From Nitratidesulfovibrio vulgaris str. Hildenborough (lineage in GTDB: Bacteria; Desulfobacterota; Desulfovibrionia; Desulfovibrionales; Desulfovibrionaceae), in contig NC_002937.3 in the NCBI RefSeq assembly GCF_000195755.1, positions 2,640,001 to 2,672,000 on the forward strand: a DNA stretch of 32,000 bases, given 5' to 3'. The notes under the pieces were generated by a model. It ran no database searches, had not been told where the DNA came from, and saw only the letters and a list, made by a program, of their open reading frames with translations. Positions within the stretch are counted from its first letter, which is position 1. Every line of letters begins with the position of its first letter. Below are positions 30,828-32,000 of the stretch, one piece after another. A program made the position numbers and the translations under genes.

Positions 30828-32000
30828 GCACTTCTCCCTTCAACAGCCGTGTCGCGCCTATGCCGCATGATGATGCTACCGCGCCCGTTTTGCATTACGC
30901 GCATGACGCTGCTGGTGCGCATGACGCTGCTGACGCTGCTGGTGCGCATGACGCTGCTGACGCTGCTGGCACGCCACCCTGTGCCGCCTCCCGCACAGCC
31001 CGCCTCCGCAGCCTCGACGCAGCCCATGTATGGCACCCCTTCACCCAGATGCGCGACTGGATGGGCAGTGAACCGTGCATCATCGACGCTGCCGACGGCA
31101 ACCATCTCATCGACACCGACGGCAACCGCTATCTCGACGGCGTCTCGTCGCTGTGGACCAACGTCCATGGTCACCGCCATCCGCACATCGACGAGGCCAT
31201 ACGACGGCAACTCGACCGCGTGGCCCACTCCACACTCCTCGGCCTTGGCGGTACGCCCTCCATCGAACTTGCGGCACGTCTCACCGCCATCGCCCCGGCA
31301 GGGCTCACACGCGTGTTCTATTCCGACAGCGGTTCCACCGCCGTGGAAGCGGCCCTCAAGATTGCCTTCCAGTACCATCGGCAGGCCCCGGAGGGCGATG
31401 CACGCCGCACCCGCGTGATGGCCTTCAGCAACGCCTACCACGGCGACACCATCGGTTCCGTCTCGCTAGGGGGTATGTCGCTCTTCCACGGCATCTACGG
31501 GCCGTTGCTCTTCGACCCCGTGCGCGCCCCCGCCCCGCACTGCTACCGCTGCCCTGCGGACCTCAGGCCGGAGACATGCGGCATGGCGTGCCTCGGCGAG
31601 GTCGAACGCCTCATGCGGCACCACGGGCACGAACTGTGCGCCGTGGTCGTGGAACCACTGGTGCAGGGCGCGGCGGGGATGCTGGTGCAGCCCCGCGGCT
31701 GGTTGCGCGGGCTGCGCGACCTCTGCGACCGCCATGGCGTCTTCATGGTGGCAGACGAGGTCGCCGTGGGCTTCGGCAAGACGGGCACCATGTTCGCCTG
31801 CGAACAGGAGGGCGTCGTGCCCGACATGCTCTGCCTCGCCAAGGGCATCACCGGGGGCTATCTGCCACTGGCGGCGACCCTCGTCACGGAACACATCCAC
31901 GATGGCTTTCTGGGGGGCTACGCCGACTTCCGTACCTTCTTCCACGGACACACCTACACGGGCAACGCCCTCGCCTGCGCCGCGGCCCTCGCCTCGCTCG
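30824..32000 (+). CDS. bioA: adenosylmethionine-8-amino-7-oxononanoate aminotransferase (5' part; continues beyond the right edge)
   Basis: The frame is open from the ATG at 30824 (ATGA overlap with the bioB stop) to the window end. It is not in the ORF track because no stop lies in the window. My translation is ...[16 protein letters not shown]...[35 protein letters not shown]...[16 protein letters not shown]...FSNAYHGDT...[10 protein letters not shown]...[18 protein letters not shown]..., collinear with BioA. Confidence 0.9.
   Translation, partial: MSTSPFNSRVAPMPHDDATAPVLHYAHDAAGAHDAADAAGAHDAADAAGTPPCAASRTARLRSLDAAHVWHPFTQMRDWMGSEPCIIDAADGNHLIDTDGNRYLDGVSSLWTNVHGHRHPHIDEAIRRQLDRVAHSTLLGLGGTPSIELAARLTAIAPAGLTRVFYSDSGSTAVEAALKIAFQYHRQAPEGDARRTRVMAFSNAYHGDTIGSVSLGGMSLFHGIYGPLLFDPVRAPAPHCYRCPADLRPETCGMACLGEVERLMRHHGHELCAVVVEPLVQGAAGMLVQPRGWLRGLRDLCDRHGVFMVADEVAVGFGKTGTMFACEQEGVVPDMLCLAKGITGGYLPLAATLVTEHIHDGFLGGYADFRTFFHGHTYTGNALACAAALASL
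30899..30970 (+). repeat. in-frame tandem repeat (18 + 27 + 27 bp) inside the bioA 5' region
   Basis: gcgcatgacgctgctggt (30899-30916), gcgcatgacgctgctgacgctgctggt (30917-30943), gcgcatgacgctgctgacgctgctggc (30944-30970). These encode [25 protein letters not shown] nested 9-bp unit gacgctgct is present. Confidence 0.9.

Noticed and set aside
30849-31418. A 189-aa plus-strand ORF with a striking repeated peptide, [22 protein letters not shown].
   Set aside because: It is the +1 frame reading of the bioA tandem repeat. The bioA frame continues into unmistakable aminotransferase motifs, whereas this frame does not.
1-32000. A search for CRISPR arrays, transposases or IS ends, integrases, phage genes, toxin-antitoxin pairs, restriction-modification genes or other defence genes.
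   Set aside because: None was found. The only repeats are short (10-27 bp units, no more than 5 copies), with no spacer-repeat architecture, no terminal inverted repeats flanking a gene, and no compositional island visible by eye.

Overview
This is a GC-rich bacterial chromosomal segment. Gene content and order look like core genome of a Desulfovibrio-type sulfate reducer; that taxon call rests on protein similarity and synteny recalled from memory and is not verified. Bases 1-11.3 kb are all on the minus strand and are housekeeping: pgk (partial), tkt, rpe, a small MerR-like regulator, pheT, pheS, rplT, rpmI, infC, thrS and tRNA-Val(GAC). Bases 11.5-21.8 kb form a redox and nitrosative-stress-looking neighbourhood. 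A BcrAD/BadFG-type activator ATPase plus a single HgdB/YjiM-like Fe-S subunit (double-cubane-cluster-protein-like) sits divergent from hcp and a ferredoxin-like gene, with a CRP/FNR-type box between them. Next come an Fe-type alcohol dehydrogenase overlapping an orphan PAS histidine kinase, a convergent azoR-hcpR(Crp/Fnr) pair, and a small unknown ORF. Bases 22-32 kb carry a tandem HD/HD-GYP protein, gltX, an Nfu-type gene, a stand-alone DUF2156 (MprF-synthase-like) gene overlapped by a MATE gene, a small hypothetical, and birA divergent from bioB-bioA (partial) with a BirA operator. I see no rRNA, CRISPR array, transposase, integrase, phage gene or recognisable defence gene. Most of the window is ordinary. 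The best candidates for undescribed biology are the MATE + DUF2156 couple, the two-gene ATP-dependent Fe-S reductase module beside hcp, and some regulatory palindromes and repeats. All family calls come from reading motifs by eye and need HMM or BLAST confirmation. The many long ORFs antisense to real genes are treated as GC-driven shadow ORFs.
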